A stretch of 64,000 bases of DNA. It comes from Planctomycetota bacterium (GTDB lineage Bacteria > Planctomycetota > B15-G4). This document shows positions 29,631-39,427 of the stretch, piece after piece (position 1 is the first letter of the stretch; the number at the start of each line of letters is the position of its first letter). Under the pieces are notes generated by a model that had not been told where the DNA came from, did not search any database, and was given only the letters and a program-made list of their open reading frames with translations. The stretch is from contig CBDFJQ010000002.1 in assembly GCA_965248575.1 (NCBI GenBank), forward strand, positions 4,928,001-4,992,000. Reading direction: 5' to 3'. The translations under genes and the position numbers were made by a program.

Positions 29631-30977
29631 TTAGGCCTTCAGGTTGGCGAGGACGGGGCGGCTCCGCCACCACAGCCAGCTTGTCTGCGCCACGCCAGCC
29701 AGCACGAAGCTGCCGATGGCCCAGTGGATGCCTGCGGCGCCCTGCCAGTGGATGCCCACCTGAAGCAGGCTGATGCTGAGCAGGAAGTAGAGCGCGACCG
29801 CCTCGGTGATGGGGCGCGTTTGCCGCGATCCGACCAGGGCGCCTTGATACCAGCTCTGCAGAACGGCGTAGCCAGGCATGGGGATGGCCAAGGCGATGGC
29901 CACGGTGCTCAAGGCGACCAGCTCCGCGGGGAGGTTGGAGAAGGTGGCGAACCACAACTCGGCCAGCGGGGTCGTTGCCAGGGCAGCCAGGACCAACATG
30001 GTGCCGCCGGTCAACCATTTCTGGAACGTGCGCAGGGCTGCCGAACTACCCGGCCTGCCCAGCAGGGTCACCACCACTTCGTTGTAAGCCATGCCGGCGC
30101 TGCGCGTGATGAACACGAGGCCGTGGACGGCGGGCCAGGCCGCCAGCGAATCCAGTGCGTTGGGCATGCGATTCATGGCCGCTGCACCGATGGGCTGGAT
30201 CATCAGGGTGATGACGGGCGTGAGCGCGAGCGGCACATAGAACTTCAGGAAGCTGGCCAAAGTGAGCGGGGTGCCCTCAGGCTTCGCCGGGAAGACCTGC
30301 TTGCGCAGGACGGGACGGACCCGCCAGCCGATGTAGGTCGCTTCGCTCACGACACCGACCGCGATGGCCGTGGCGCCCACGACGATGCCCGGCAGCCCCA
30401 GCTGGTAGCCGACCGTCAAGCTGCTGGCGTTTGCGGCCAGGCGAACCAGTGTGCCCAAGCTGACTTCGCGGCTGTGCTCGTGCCGGATCATCACACCCTG
30501 GTGAAAGCGCCTGTAGGCGATGGACCACGTCCAGGGCGTCATGATCTGCAGACCCAGGCGGCCGGGTTCCAGGATCGCCTCGGGTGCGCCCATGATGTCC
30601 ACCGCGACCAGCTCGTAGAGCGGGGTGAAGGCGATGGCCATGTGCAGCAGGGTGAGGAGAGCGCTGGCCGCCATCATGAAGCGGTGCACCTGCCGGTAGG
30701 CCCGCTCGTGGGTGCAGAGGGCGGTGCTGGCCGCCAGCAGCATGATGATGGGACCTTCCACCACGAGCGAGACGGGGAAGACGATGGACCCGTAGGCCGC
30801 CAGGTGGACCTTGGCGTCCGGAAGCCTGGCGACAACGGCCGTGAGCATGGGCAGCTCCACAGCCATCAGGGCCCAGCTTGCGGCGAGCGGTGCCCACAGG
30901 CGCACCACCCGGGACACAGGCATGGGTGCTGCAGTCGAGGACTCTGTGCTTTGGCTCGGCGAAGACAAGCCAGGCAT
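29631..30977 (-). CDS. MOP-superfamily (MATE/ANKH-like) 12-TM transporter
   Basis: Two homologous halves (WAPLAAS..LAAYG and YVPLALT..LAAW); about twelve hydrophobic helices. Confidence 0.7.
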   Translation of the reverse strand: MPGLSSPSQSTESSTAAPMPVSRVVRLWAPLAASWALMAVELPMLTAVVARLPDAKVHLAAYGSIVFPVSLVVEGPIIMLLAASTALCTHERAYRQVHRFMMAASALLTLLHMAIAFTPLYELVAVDIMGAPEAILEPGRLGLQIMTPWTWSIAYRRFHQGVMIRHEHSREVSLGTLVRLAANASSLTVGYQLGLPGIVVGATAIAVGVVSEATYIGWRVRPVLRKQVFPAKPEGTPLTLASFLKFYVPLALTPVITLMIQPIGAAAMNRMPNALDSLAAWPAVHGLVFITRSAGMAYNEVVVTLLGRPGSSAALRTFQKWLTGGTMLVLAALATTPLAELWFATFSNLPAELVALSTVAIALAIPMPGYAVLQSWYQGALVGSRQTRPITEAVALYFLLSISLLQVGIHWQGAAGIHWAIGSFVLAGVAQTSWLWWRSRPVLANLKA

Positions 30978-31039
30978 CCTCGTGTCCGGGCGCACTGAGG
31001 TCCAGGGCCGTGTCCGGGCTGGAAGTGATTGCCGCGGGG

Positions 31040-31822
31040 CTAGGGCAGGGCCGTCGGGCTGCGCAGGTGAGGCACCTTCTCGAGTTGCCACTCCAGGCAG
31101 AGACCTGCCGCCATCCCCCGGGCGGGGGCGGAGCCGTACAAGCGCTCAGCGACATAGAGGGCGGCGTCAAACGACAGCGCACCACCCGCTGAGGTGACGG
31201 CCTTTCCGTCGTGCACGAAGCTCAGGTTCTCGTGCACCTGCAGTTGAGGAAAGCGCTCACGGAAGGCTGGAATGTCCGAGGGGAAGGTCGTGCACTGCAA
31301 ACCGTCCAGGAGTCCGGCGGCAGCGAGCACGAAGGCTCCGTCACAGAGCGACAGGAGCAGCCGGGCCGAGGCTCCTCGAGCGCGGATGAAGTGCATCAAC
31401 GCTTCGTTCTCGAGATCCGAGCCCATGCTGTGCTCGGCGCTCGGGACGACGAGGACGTCGATGGGTGGCGCGTCGTCGAACCCATAGTCCGGAAGCAGGC
31501 GCAGGCCCTCGAAGCTTGTGATGGGCTCGTGATCGGGGCCGACGGTGAACACACGCATGCCGGGCTCAGCGTGGAACACGGAGTGATGGAAGATGTCGTA
31601 GGGGGCCGTGAGTTCCGTATTGTACACGCCGTCCAGAACGAGAAAGCCCACGTTCAGGGGCTGCACTCTGGCCACGGCTGCCAACCCGAGCGATTCTCGG
31701 GCAGTCTGCTGGCCTGGCTCAGGCGGCAGGGCGGGGCGTGCGCCCGTTGATCCACAGCCTGGGGCCAGCAGCAAGGCGCACGCCAGCAGCCCCCTGAGGG
31801 TGTCCTTCAAGGTCTTTCGCAT
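31040..31822 (-). CDS. DJ-1/PfpI family lipoprotein
   Basis: Lipobox APGC; DVLVVP, SLCDGAFVLA.AGLLDG..CTT and VTSAGG motifs. Confidence 0.9.
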   Translation of the reverse strand: MRKTLKDTLRGLLACALLLAPGCGSTGARPALPPEPGQQTARESLGLAAVARVQPLNVGFLVLDGVYNTELTAPYDIFHHSVFHAEPGMRVFTVGPDHEPITSFEGLRLLPDYGFDDAPPIDVLVVPSAEHSMGSDLENEALMHFIRARGASARLLLSLCDGAFVLAAAGLLDGLQCTTFPSDIPAFRERFPQLQVHENLSFVHDGKAVTSAGGALSFDAALYVAERLYGSAPARGMAAGLCLEWQLEKVPHLRSPTALP

Positions 31823-31876
31823 CACGGCGCTCCCAAGCAGACGCGAGAAGCGGGCATGGTAGCGGCCTGGGCGTGG

Positions 31877-32578
31877 TCAGGAGTCCTGCTCTTCTTCCTC
31901 GTGTTCCATGAAGAACTCGATCACGATGCCGTCCTGCAGGCGGAAGTACCACGCTGGCCCGGGCAGGTCCTCGGGGCCCTGCCGATAGTAGAAGAGCAGG
32001 CCACCGTCCGGCCGGTAGATGGCTGTGGGTGGCCCGTACGTCTCCAGCAGATCGCGCGCGGTCTGAAAGTACTGAGAGCGGTCAGCGCCCCGCTCGTCCT
32101 GTCGCCAGCTCTCACCGAGTTCGTCGAGGCGCACCCAGTCGGTGACAGCCCGACGGTCCCGGACGCTGCTGAGGCTCTCCCCGACCGCGAGCGAGAGGGC
32201 GCCGCTGGGGTCAGTCGACTCTCCTGCCTGACGCAAGACCCTAGTGAGTGCTGCAAGATTCACGCTGAGCTCGCGCAGGACGTCCTCGGACGGCATGACG
32301 GGCGATGGCGCCGAAGCCAGGTCCGGGCTGCGGAGCGGAGACGGTGCTACGGGCAGCCGGGTGCTGGCCAGATAGGACGCCAGCTGCTCCAGGACCTCGG
32401 CCGTTTCGGACTGGACGAGCCGAAGCGCCCGAAGTTCGGACTCGAGCTGAGCGATGGCTGCGGCGGAGTCTGACGGTTCTGACGGGCCAGTCTGAAGCAA
32501 GACCACGAGCAAGATGGCCAAGGTCAAGGGCAGGGAGATCAGGAGCGCGGTGCTGCTGGCAGCGGGCTTGTCTTTCAT
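31877..32578 (-). CDS. Hypothetical membrane-anchored coiled-coil protein
   Basis: N-terminal TM helix, heptad-like segment and a small C-terminal domain; co-oriented with the DJ-1 gene. Confidence 0.6.
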   Translation of the reverse strand: MKDKPAASSTALLISLPLTLAILLVVLLQTGPSEPSDSAAAIAQLESELRALRLVQSETAEVLEQLASYLASTRLPVAPSPLRSPDLASAPSPVMPSEDVLRELSVNLAALTRVLRQAGESTDPSGALSLAVGESLSSVRDRRAVTDWVRLDELGESWRQDERGADRSQYFQTARDLLETYGPPTAIYRPDGGLLFYYRQGPEDLPGPAWYFRLQDGIVIEFFMEHEEEEQDS

Positions 32579-32786
32579 GACGGACAGGACGCATCCCGGG
32601 GGCGACGTGTTCACTCATTCTCAGCGGCCGTCACGCATGCTGGCAAGAACCCGGAGTCCGCTTGGTTTGGTGCCGAGAACTGGCTGCTGGCGCTGGTACA
32701 ACCGTTTGCCTCACTCGATATGGTGCCTGCGCCCGGGACTGACGTGCGCACGGTGACCGCCTCTGCCTCTCCTCTTTGGACCACCG

Positions 32787-35700
32787 ATGAACTGCAAGTT
32801 TCTCATGTGCCTCGTTGGGCTCGCTCTGCTCTCTCCGATGGCGGCCTCTCAGACCCTTGATGCCGACATCACCCTCGGGAGCAGCTTCACGGGCCGGCTC
32901 GACGACGGCTCGGATGTCGACGTCCTGCGCTTCAGCACCATCAAGAACACGCAGGTCACCCTGAGCGTGGCTGGCAAGAAGGATAAGTTGAACAAGGGCA
33001 GCCCTGTTCTTCTGCCCCAGCTGGAGGTGTTGGACGTGAGCACGGGCGGCAGCCTGGCCTTCGAAGACAGCGGCAAGAAGAAGTCGGCTGTCAAGAAGCT
33101 GCTGCTGCCATCAACTGGCGAATATCTGATCCGGGTGTCGAGTGCAGGCGGAACGTCGGGGCCTTACAAGGTGACGACCAAGGGCGCCCTCTCGAAGGCA
33201 GGCAAGGTCCACAAGGTCAGTGCCGAAACCGGCGCGGGCGCCACGAGCTCGGTGAGCTTTGATGCCGACGCAGGCTTTCTGCTGAACGCCTTGGTCAAGC
33301 CGGATAAGAAGTCGCTGTCCCAGCCAGGCGTGCCCACGCTGACGGGTCCGTCCGGCGCCATCGACCTGACCGGCTTGGTGGTCACGAACACCAAGAAGTT
33401 CTCACACAAGCTGAAGAAGTTCCCGCTCACCGAGCAGGGCACCTACACCTTGAGCAGCACCAACGATGCTGCGGACGCTGGTGGGATCTTCACGAACGTG
33501 AAGCTCAAGCCGGCCAAGCTCCCGAAGCAGAAGCTGGAAGAGACCGTCGACATGGGTGGCGGTGTGAGCATCGTGCGCACCTTGTCCGGCGTCGTTCAGA
33601 ACAGCAACGACGGGAGCGGATTGCCTGGTGTCCTGGTCCTTGCCGGCGACATGACCATGGCGGTGACGGATGCCAACGGTCTGTTCATCGTTCACGACCC
33701 GCCGGCTGGCGAGGTCGAGGTTCACTTCGATGGCAGCGGCACGACCGCCATGGGTGACTTCGAGGAGCTCGGCGTGCTGGTGACAGTGGCTGCGGTAGGC
33801 GACACGGTCCTGCAGCCGGTGGTGCTGCCCGACCTCTCCAACCCCGAGTCGGCCGTGGACGACGTGGCTGTGATGGCCGGGGTGACCACCGAGGACTTGG
33901 CCGCAATGGGCGGCAACGAGAACATCCAGTTGAGCGCTCTCGCCGGAACGACCATCCTGTTGGATGGCGTCCCCGCATCGGGGACGGTGGCTTTCAACGT
34001 CACGCCCGTCGATCCAACGCAGGTTCCCATGCCGCTGGTGCCGGCTTCCGGTGCCGTGGACGCGGCGTCCTATGTGACGATCCAGCCGCCCAACGGGACC
34101 TTTGACAACGGCAGCGAGGGTGCGGGCTCGGGCCTGGACGTCGTGCTTCCCAATGACCGGGGATTCCCCGTGGGCACGATGGTCGACATCTGGTCCTTCG
34201 ACCACGATGCAGGCGATTGGGTGAACCGTTCCACCGAGACGGGGGAGCAGGGTGAAGTCGTGGCCACGATGAGTGGCACGCAGATCGTTGCTTCGGGCGT
34301 GATCACTGCGGGCGGCTGGCATGCGCCGGTGGTGCCCGTCGATCCGACCTGCGCCACGAAGATCATCGGGCGCGTGCTGGACGGGGATGGCCAGCCCATT
34401 CCCGGCGCAGCGCTGGGCACGGCGACGGGGCAGTTCGCCATGACGGGAGCGGATGGCAGCTTCTGCATCGACTCCGTCACCGCCTACGATGTCGCCAGCT
34501 TGCCGACCTGCGTGTTGCAGGACGTCCTGGTCAGCGCCCTGACGCCTGTGTCCTTCGGGGCTGTGGGTGCCGAGGTGCTGGTGTTGGCCGGAGGCATCAC
34601 TGCAGGCGGTGTGACGGACATCGGCGACATCGAGATCCGTGTGCCCCAGACAGGAAGCCTGGCTGGGCTGTTGACCGACAATGGGATGCCGGTGATGGGC
34701 GCGGTGGACATCTTCAGTGTCATCGAAGGCGTCTCGCAGCTGATGTCCAACCAGAACGGCAGTTTCTTCGGGACCGGGCTCGACGCTGGGGACTACACGG
34801 CGTCCTTCTTGTTCGACGGAGATGCCATGCCGACAAGCGTGCCCTTCAACATCTCGGCCAACACGCTCACCACGATCAACCTGCAAAAGGTGAGCGGCAG
34901 CGGGGGTAGTGAAAGCGTCACGATCCTCGTCGTTGAGTTTGAAGAGAACTCGGGCAATCCGGGCGCCGTCGTTCAGGGTGCCCAAGTCTTGCTGGTGGGC
35001 ACGGACGTCTCGTCACAGGCGGGGCTTTCGGGAACCACGGATGCCAACGGAGAGGTGACTTTCGACAACGTTGACGGGCCGTTCACGGTGACGGCGCAGA
35101 TCGATCGGATTCTCGATTTCGGGGAAGGCCCCGTGTCGGCCCGATTCGCCCATTCAGTGGTGGACATCGATCCTCCTTCGGGCGTGATCGGGATCATCTC
35201 CGACTTCGGCGTAGACGATGACACCCCGACGATCAACTCCGAGATCACTGGGACGGTCACCGACCTCATGCAGGCGGTGGGCCAGAACGATTTCCTCTCC
35301 GTGCAGGCCATCGGTACCAGTGACTTCCAGAACTTCGGAAACGTCGACCTCCAGACGGGGACGTACAGCTTGCCGGTGCCTGCCGGTGACGATTACATCA
35401 TCGTGTTCAACCACGCCACGATCGTGGGGAACAACGAGAATCGCATCAACAGCGCGCAGATCGTGGAGGGTGTGGATGCGCCGCTGAACGGTAGCGTGGC
35501 GGTGGACTTCGAGGTGAGCAGTGCCGCGGCGATTGCCTTTGATCAGGAGGTCGACGTGAACTACAGCGGTCTGCTGGCAAATCCCTGTCAGCAGAGCTTG
35601 CAGGTGTTCTTCTTCACCCCGAATGCGGAGGACTACAACCTGGGCACGATGGTCTTCACGACCGGAGGGCTTCCCGGCACGGTGTTCGTTCCGGACGCAT

Positions 35701-36239
35701 CGGACCCGAACCTCGGAGGCTTCCGTGTGAGCCTGTCCCTCTTCCAGTCTCCGTGTGCGGGGGAAGATGACGAAGTGATCTGCGATGTGTTCCTGGACGG
35801 CAACCCGGCCAGCATCGATCTCGACCTGCTTCCCATTCCGACCTTCGTGTCGCCCATGCAGGACGATGTGATCAACCCCAATGGGGCGGACATGATGACG
35901 GTCGAGTTCGACGGGGTGGCCGGCCAGGGCTCCAACGGCATCGTGTCGCTGGAGCTCATCACCGAAGGACCCCAGGCGGGGGTCACGCCGGACGTCATCA
36001 TCTGGACGTTCCTGCTGCGTGAGGGCACGACGAGTGTGCAGTTGCCTCCGACCGTCCTGCCGATGATCGGTGACGGTGCCTTCTGGGAAGCCTGCATCGA
36101 GTCGGAGCTCTTCAGCGGCTTCGTCTTTGACTACGACGCGATCTTCAATGAGGACATCGCCGACATCGACATGCTGATCGACGGGATGGCCACGGGCTTC
36201 TGCGAAAACGCAGCCATCATCGAGTTCAGCATCGACTGA
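32787..36239 (+). CDS. Large secreted/surface protein: Lys-rich PPC-like N-terminus, then acidic carboxypeptidase-regulatory-like beta domains
   Basis: Signal peptide; G.L....DVD...F...LP.TG.Y.IRV; repeated G.V.D..G.P..GA...TD.NG.F. Confidence 0.8.
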   Translation: MNCKFLMCLVGLALLSPMAASQTLDADITLGSSFTGRLDDGSDVDVLRFSTIKNTQVTLSVAGKKDKLNKGSPVLLPQLEVLDVSTGGSLAFEDSGKKKSAVKKLLLPSTGEYLIRVSSAGGTSGPYKVTTKGALSKAGKVHKVSAETGAGATSSVSFDADAGFLLNALVKPDKKSLSQPGVPTLTGPSGAIDLTGLVVTNTKKFSHKLKKFPLTEQGTYTLSSTNDAADAGGIFTNVKLKPAKLPKQKLEETVDMGGGVSIVRTLSGVVQNSNDGSGLPGVLVLAGDMTMAVTDANGLFIVHDPPAGEVEVHFDGSGTTAMGDFEELGVLVTVAAVGDTVLQPVVLPDLSNPESAVDDVAVMAGVTTEDLAAMGGNENIQLSALAGTTILLDGVPASGTVAFNVTPVDPTQVPMPLVPASGAVDAASYVTIQPPNGTFDNGSEGAGSGLDVVLPNDRGFPVGTMVDIWSFDHDAGDWVNRSTETGEQGEVVATMSGTQIVASGVITAGGWHAPVVPVDPTCATKIIGRVLDGDGQPIPGAALGTATGQFAMTGADGSFCIDSVTAYDVASLPTCVLQDVLVSALTPVSFGAVGAEVLVLAGGITAGGVTDIGDIEIRVPQTGSLAGLLTDNGMPVMGAVDIFSVIEGVSQLMSNQNGSFFGTGLDAGDYTASFLFDGDAMPTSVPFNISANTLTTINLQKVSGSGGSESVTILVVEFEENSGNPGAVVQGAQVLLVGTDVSSQAGLSGTTDANGEVTFDNVDGPFTVTAQIDRILDFGEGPVSARFAHSVVDIDPPSGVIGIISDFGVDDDTPTINSEITGTVTDLMQAVGQNDFLSVQAIGTSDFQNFGNVDLQTGTYSLPVPAGDDYIIVFNHATIVGNNENRINSAQIVEGVDAPLNGSVAVDFEVSSAAAIAFDQEVDVNYSGLLANPCQQSLQVFFFTPNAEDYNLGTMVFTTGGLPGTVFVPDASDPNLGGFRVSLSLFQSPCAGEDDEVICDVFLDGNPASIDLDLLPIPTFVSPMQDDVINPNGADMMTVEFDGVAGQGSNGIVSLELITEGPQAGVTPDVIIWTFLLREGTTSVQLPPTVLPMIGDGAFWEACIESELFSGFVFDYDAIFNEDIADIDMLIDGMATGFCENAAIIEFSID

Positions 36240-36260
36240 GCTGCAGCTGGCCAGAACGAG

Positions 36261-36306
36261 CACGGGCCCGCTCCCCTCATGCAGAGGGGGGCGGGCCCGT
36301 GGTGTT
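36261..36306. terminator. Hairpin between convergent genes, likely bidirectional terminator
   Basis: cacgggcccgctcccctc pairs with gaggggggcgggcccgtg (18 bp, one G-U pair). Confidence 0.75.
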
Positions 36307-36321
36307 TGATGACCGCTGGGA

Positions 36322-37080
36322 TCAGGGCGTCGTGAGGCGCACGCCGTTGGTCAGGGCGATGCCGCCCGCCACGGGCGGGTCCGTGACCAGGAACTGCACG
36401 GTGGCCTGGACGCCGGATGGGATGGCGGCAGGCCAGGTGGTCGCCAGGTTGACGTTGCCCGCCGCGTTGGTTGCGATGAACACCTGGGTGCTGAACGGGA
36501 AGGCGTGGATCGTGCCGCCGAAGAAGGCGAACGGCACCGGGGCAAAGGCCAGCCAGGCGAGGCCCAGTTGGCCCGGGGGCAGGTTGCTGCCGCTGAGGGT
36601 CACGGTGGAGCCGGGGGTCAGCGGGCCACCGCCAACGAGCTTGCCCGGCACCGTGCCGTAGGCGCCGCCCAGGTCCTCCCACTGAAGGCGCACCTGGCCT
36701 CGGATCTCACCGCCGGGGAAGGCGCCGGAGTGCACGTTCAGGTAGGTGTTGCCGGATAGCATGTTGCCGATGTCAGTGGTGTTGAGCGTCGCTGAGCCAG
36801 TGCTGGGGCTTGCCGGGCCGACGTTGACAATGACGCCGCCGTTCGCGCCCACCGGGGCTTGATGGATGTGGGCGGCCGTCGCTGGAACCGTCCAGCTCGT
36901 GCTCCACGTCAAAACGCCGGTGGCCACGTTCAACGACATATTGGCCATGCCGGTGTTGGCGGATCCGTTCGGCGGCACCTCCTGGGCACCGCTGAGGGGG
37001 AAGGAACCGTAGAGGATCTGAGCGTTGGCACCTGTGGCCGCAGCGAGCAGAAGGAGGGTTGAAGCAAGAAAGGTGCGCAT
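36322..37080 (-). CDS. Secreted CHRD-domain protein with shared C-terminal domain
   Basis: LSGAQEVPP..S..TG, AAHIH..P.G.NG and YLNVHS.AFPGGEIRGQ motifs; C-terminal WEDLG...LTNGVRLTTP. Confidence 0.92.
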   Translation of the reverse strand: MRTFLASTLLLLAAATGANAQILYGSFPLSGAQEVPPNGSANTGMANMSLNVATGVLTWSTSWTVPATAAHIHQAPVGANGGVIVNVGPASPSTGSATLNTTDIGNMLSGNTYLNVHSGAFPGGEIRGQVRLQWEDLGGAYGTVPGKLVGGGPLTPGSTVTLSGSNLPPGQLGLAWLAFAPVPFAFFGGTIHAFPFSTQVFIATNAAGNVNLATTWPAAIPSGVQATVQFLVTDPPVAGGIALTNGVRLTTP

Positions 37081-37411
37081 AGATCGAGCTCTCTATCGTG
37101 GTGCGTCGGGTTGCGGGATGGGTTTGTCGAGTCCTACTTGATGAAGCGACATCCTTCGGCGGAGGGAGACGGTGCCCGCGGGGTGATGCCTTTTCAGTCA
37201 GCGCTGTGGGCGTGCGTATGTTTCAGTCGTTTTTCCACGAGCGCCTGATTTCCCGAGGGCGAGCCTACCCGAGTTGCCGCGCTTGTGGGGCGTGAGGGCC
37301 TTGCGAGGCGTGTATTCCCAAAGGACCAGGACGTCCAGTGTGGCGCTGAGGTCGACCAAGGGCTTTCACGGTTCCGGGTGACGCCGGATGGCCGTGGGTG
37401 CTGAAACGCAA

Positions 37412-37450
37412 CGAGCCCCGCCGACCCCTGGAGGGGGACTGCGGGGCTCG
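37412..37450 (-). terminator. Hairpin downstream of the peroxiredoxin gene
   Basis: cgagccccgc / gcggggctcg 10-bp stem; followed on the minus strand by ttgcgttt. Confidence 0.65.
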
Positions 37451-37476
37451 CTTGAGCTCAGGGCTCGGTGCAGCGC

Positions 37477-38076
37477 TTACAGGCTCGCGGCGTGATCCGT
37501 GAGGTAGGACTTCACGCCCTCCTCATTGGGCGCCATGCCGGCCTTGCCTGCGGACCAGCCTGCGGGGCAGACCTCGCCGTGCTGCTTGAAGAACTGCACG
37601 CCGTCGATGGCGCGCAGCAGCTCGTCCACATCCCGGCCCAAGGGCAGGTTGTTCACCAGCGCGTGCCAGCACACACCGTCGGGGTCGATCAGGAAGGTGC
37701 CGCGGGCGGAGAATCCGCTGTCGGCATGCACGACGTCGTAGGCCTCGGAGAGGGCCTTGTCGGTGTCGGCAATGAGCGGGTAGTTGAGGGGGCCGACGCC
37801 GCCCTCGTGGATCGCCGTGTTGCGCCAGCGGGCGTGGGTCTCGGCATCGTCCATGGACACGCCCAGCACCTTCACTCCGCGCTTCTCGAACTCAGCCTTC
37901 CGGTGGTCGAAGGCGATCAGCTCTGAGGGACACACGAAGGTGAAGTCCTTCGGGTAGAAGAAGAGGGCCACGTAGCTGCCAGCGTAGTCGGAAAGACTCA
38001 CGTCCTGGGTGCTGCCGTCTGCCATCACGGCGGGGGCGGTGAAGGCGGGGGCCGCCTTGCCGATGAAGTTCGTCAT
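37477..38076 (-). CDS. ahpC: 2-Cys peroxiredoxin (AhpC/TSA)
   Basis: FFYPKDFTFVCPSE and GEVCPAGW motifs. Confidence 0.93.
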   Translation of the reverse strand: MTNFIGKAAPAFTAPAVMADGSTQDVSLSDYAGSYVALFFYPKDFTFVCPSELIAFDHRKAEFEKRGVKVLGVSMDDAETHARWRNTAIHEGGVGPLNYPLIADTDKALSEAYDVVHADSGFSARGTFLIDPDGVCWHALVNNLPLGRDVDELLRAIDGVQFFKQHGEVCPAGWSAGKAGMAPNEEGVKSYLTDHAASL

Positions 38077-38308
38077 GTGGTTGAATTCGTCTGAGATCGG
38101 GAGGGGAGCGGTGCCCGCAAACCAGCTGTTGCGGGTGCACACACGAACGCGGCAGTGTACCGACCATGTCCTTCGGGAGGAATGCCATCCCGGGCCGGGG
38201 CCGTCTGACCATGACGGAACACTGACTCCCAGCGCTGGGCCACGCATGTCCTGACGCCGAAGGCACGTGCACGGGTATCCTGCGACCACTCGAACCGCTG
38301 GAGGTTTC

Positions 38309-38911
38309 ATGAACACCCTCACCCGCGGCGTGCAGATCGCCGTGCTCTGGATCGCAACGCTGACCCTTGGAGCAGGATGCATGGCCTTGGAAGAAGAACG
38401 TTTCGGCAATGGGCTCAGCGTGCCCTCCGATCGCGTGGCCGCCCCCCAGGATGTCGAGAGCATCGACGCCATTGTCCATGCGCTCTACGACGTCATATCC
38501 GGGCCGGCGGGCCCCAGGGATTGGGGGCGGGACCGCACGCTCTATCACCCCGACGCGGGCTGGCACATGCCAGTGGGCCTACGCCGAAGCCCCAGCGGGG
38601 AGACCAGCGATGAGCGTGTGCTGCGCGTGATGAGCCTTGAGCAGTATCAAGCGCAGGCCAGCAGCTACTTCGACGAGAATGCGTTCTACGAGGTGGAGAT
38701 TGCACGTCGCGTGGAGCGTTTCGGTGACATCGCCCAGGTGTTCAGCACTTATGAGTCGCGCCACTCGCCAGAAGGGGAGCCCTTCACGCGCGGCATCAAC
38801 AGCATCCAACTGATGCACGACGGCAGTCGTTGGTGGGTCGTGTCCATCCTCTGGAATGGCGAGCGAGACGGCTTGACGATTCCCGAGCCGTACCTGCATT
38901 CGGGGTCCTGA
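38309..38911 (+). CDS. NTF2/SnoaL-like conserved lipoprotein
   Basis: Lipobox GAGC; SIDAIV.ALYDVISGPAG.RDW and FYE.EI.R....FG.IA.VFSTYE...RGINSIQL; GGAGG RBS. Confidence 0.75.
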   Translation: MNTLTRGVQIAVLWIATLTLGAGCMALEEERFGNGLSVPSDRVAAPQDVESIDAIVHALYDVISGPAGPRDWGRDRTLYHPDAGWHMPVGLRRSPSGETSDERVLRVMSLEQYQAQASSYFDENAFYEVEIARRVERFGDIAQVFSTYESRHSPEGEPFTRGINSIQLMHDGSRWWVVSILWNGERDGLTIPEPYLHSGS

Positions 38912-38948
38912 GATGTCATCTTGCTACCCCCAGCACCCGGAGTGACCC

Positions 38949-39407
38949 ATGGATCGCCCGCCCCTGCGCGTCTACCTCTCGGGTGAAATCCACAGCGACT
39001 GGCGGGAGCGCATCGTCGAAGGCGCCCGCTCCGCAGGGCTGGCTCTGCTGTTCGACGGGCCGGTCACCGACCACGCCCGGAGCGATGACTGCGGTGTCGC
39101 CATCCTGGGTGAGGAAGACAAGGCGTTCTGGAAGGACCGGAAGGGCGCGGGAGTGAACGCCCTGCGCACGCGGACGCAGCTCTCGGGCGCTGACGTCGTC
39201 GTCATCCGTTTCGGGGAGAAGTACCGCCAGTGGAATGCGGCCTACGACGCCGGCTTCGCTGCGGCGCTTGGCAAGCCGTACATCACCTTGCACGGCGAAG
39301 ACCTCAACCACGCCCTCAAGGAGGTGGATGCGGGAGCCTGTGCGGTGGCGCGGGAGCCCGAGCAGGTGGTGGCGCTCCTGGCCTATGTCCTGAGCGGAGA
39401 GCTGTAG
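38949..39407 (+). CDS. YtoQ family protein
   Basis: VYLSGEIHSDWR, PVTDH..SDDCG and RFGEKYRQWNAAYDAG motifs. Confidence 0.9.
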   Translation: MDRPPLRVYLSGEIHSDWRERIVEGARSAGLALLFDGPVTDHARSDDCGVAILGEEDKAFWKDRKGAGVNALRTRTQLSGADVVVIRFGEKYRQWNAAYDAGFAAALGKPYITLHGEDLNHALKEVDAGACAVAREPEQVVALLAYVLSGEL

Positions 39408-39427
39408 GGCCGGGATCAGTCGGCCGC

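Noticed and set aside
37081..37410. Riboswitch or ncRNA in long intergenic regions (also 14478-14682 and 23512-23700)
   Set aside because: Only generic short stems; I could not recognise conserved motifs of any known RNA family. An Rfam scan would be needed.
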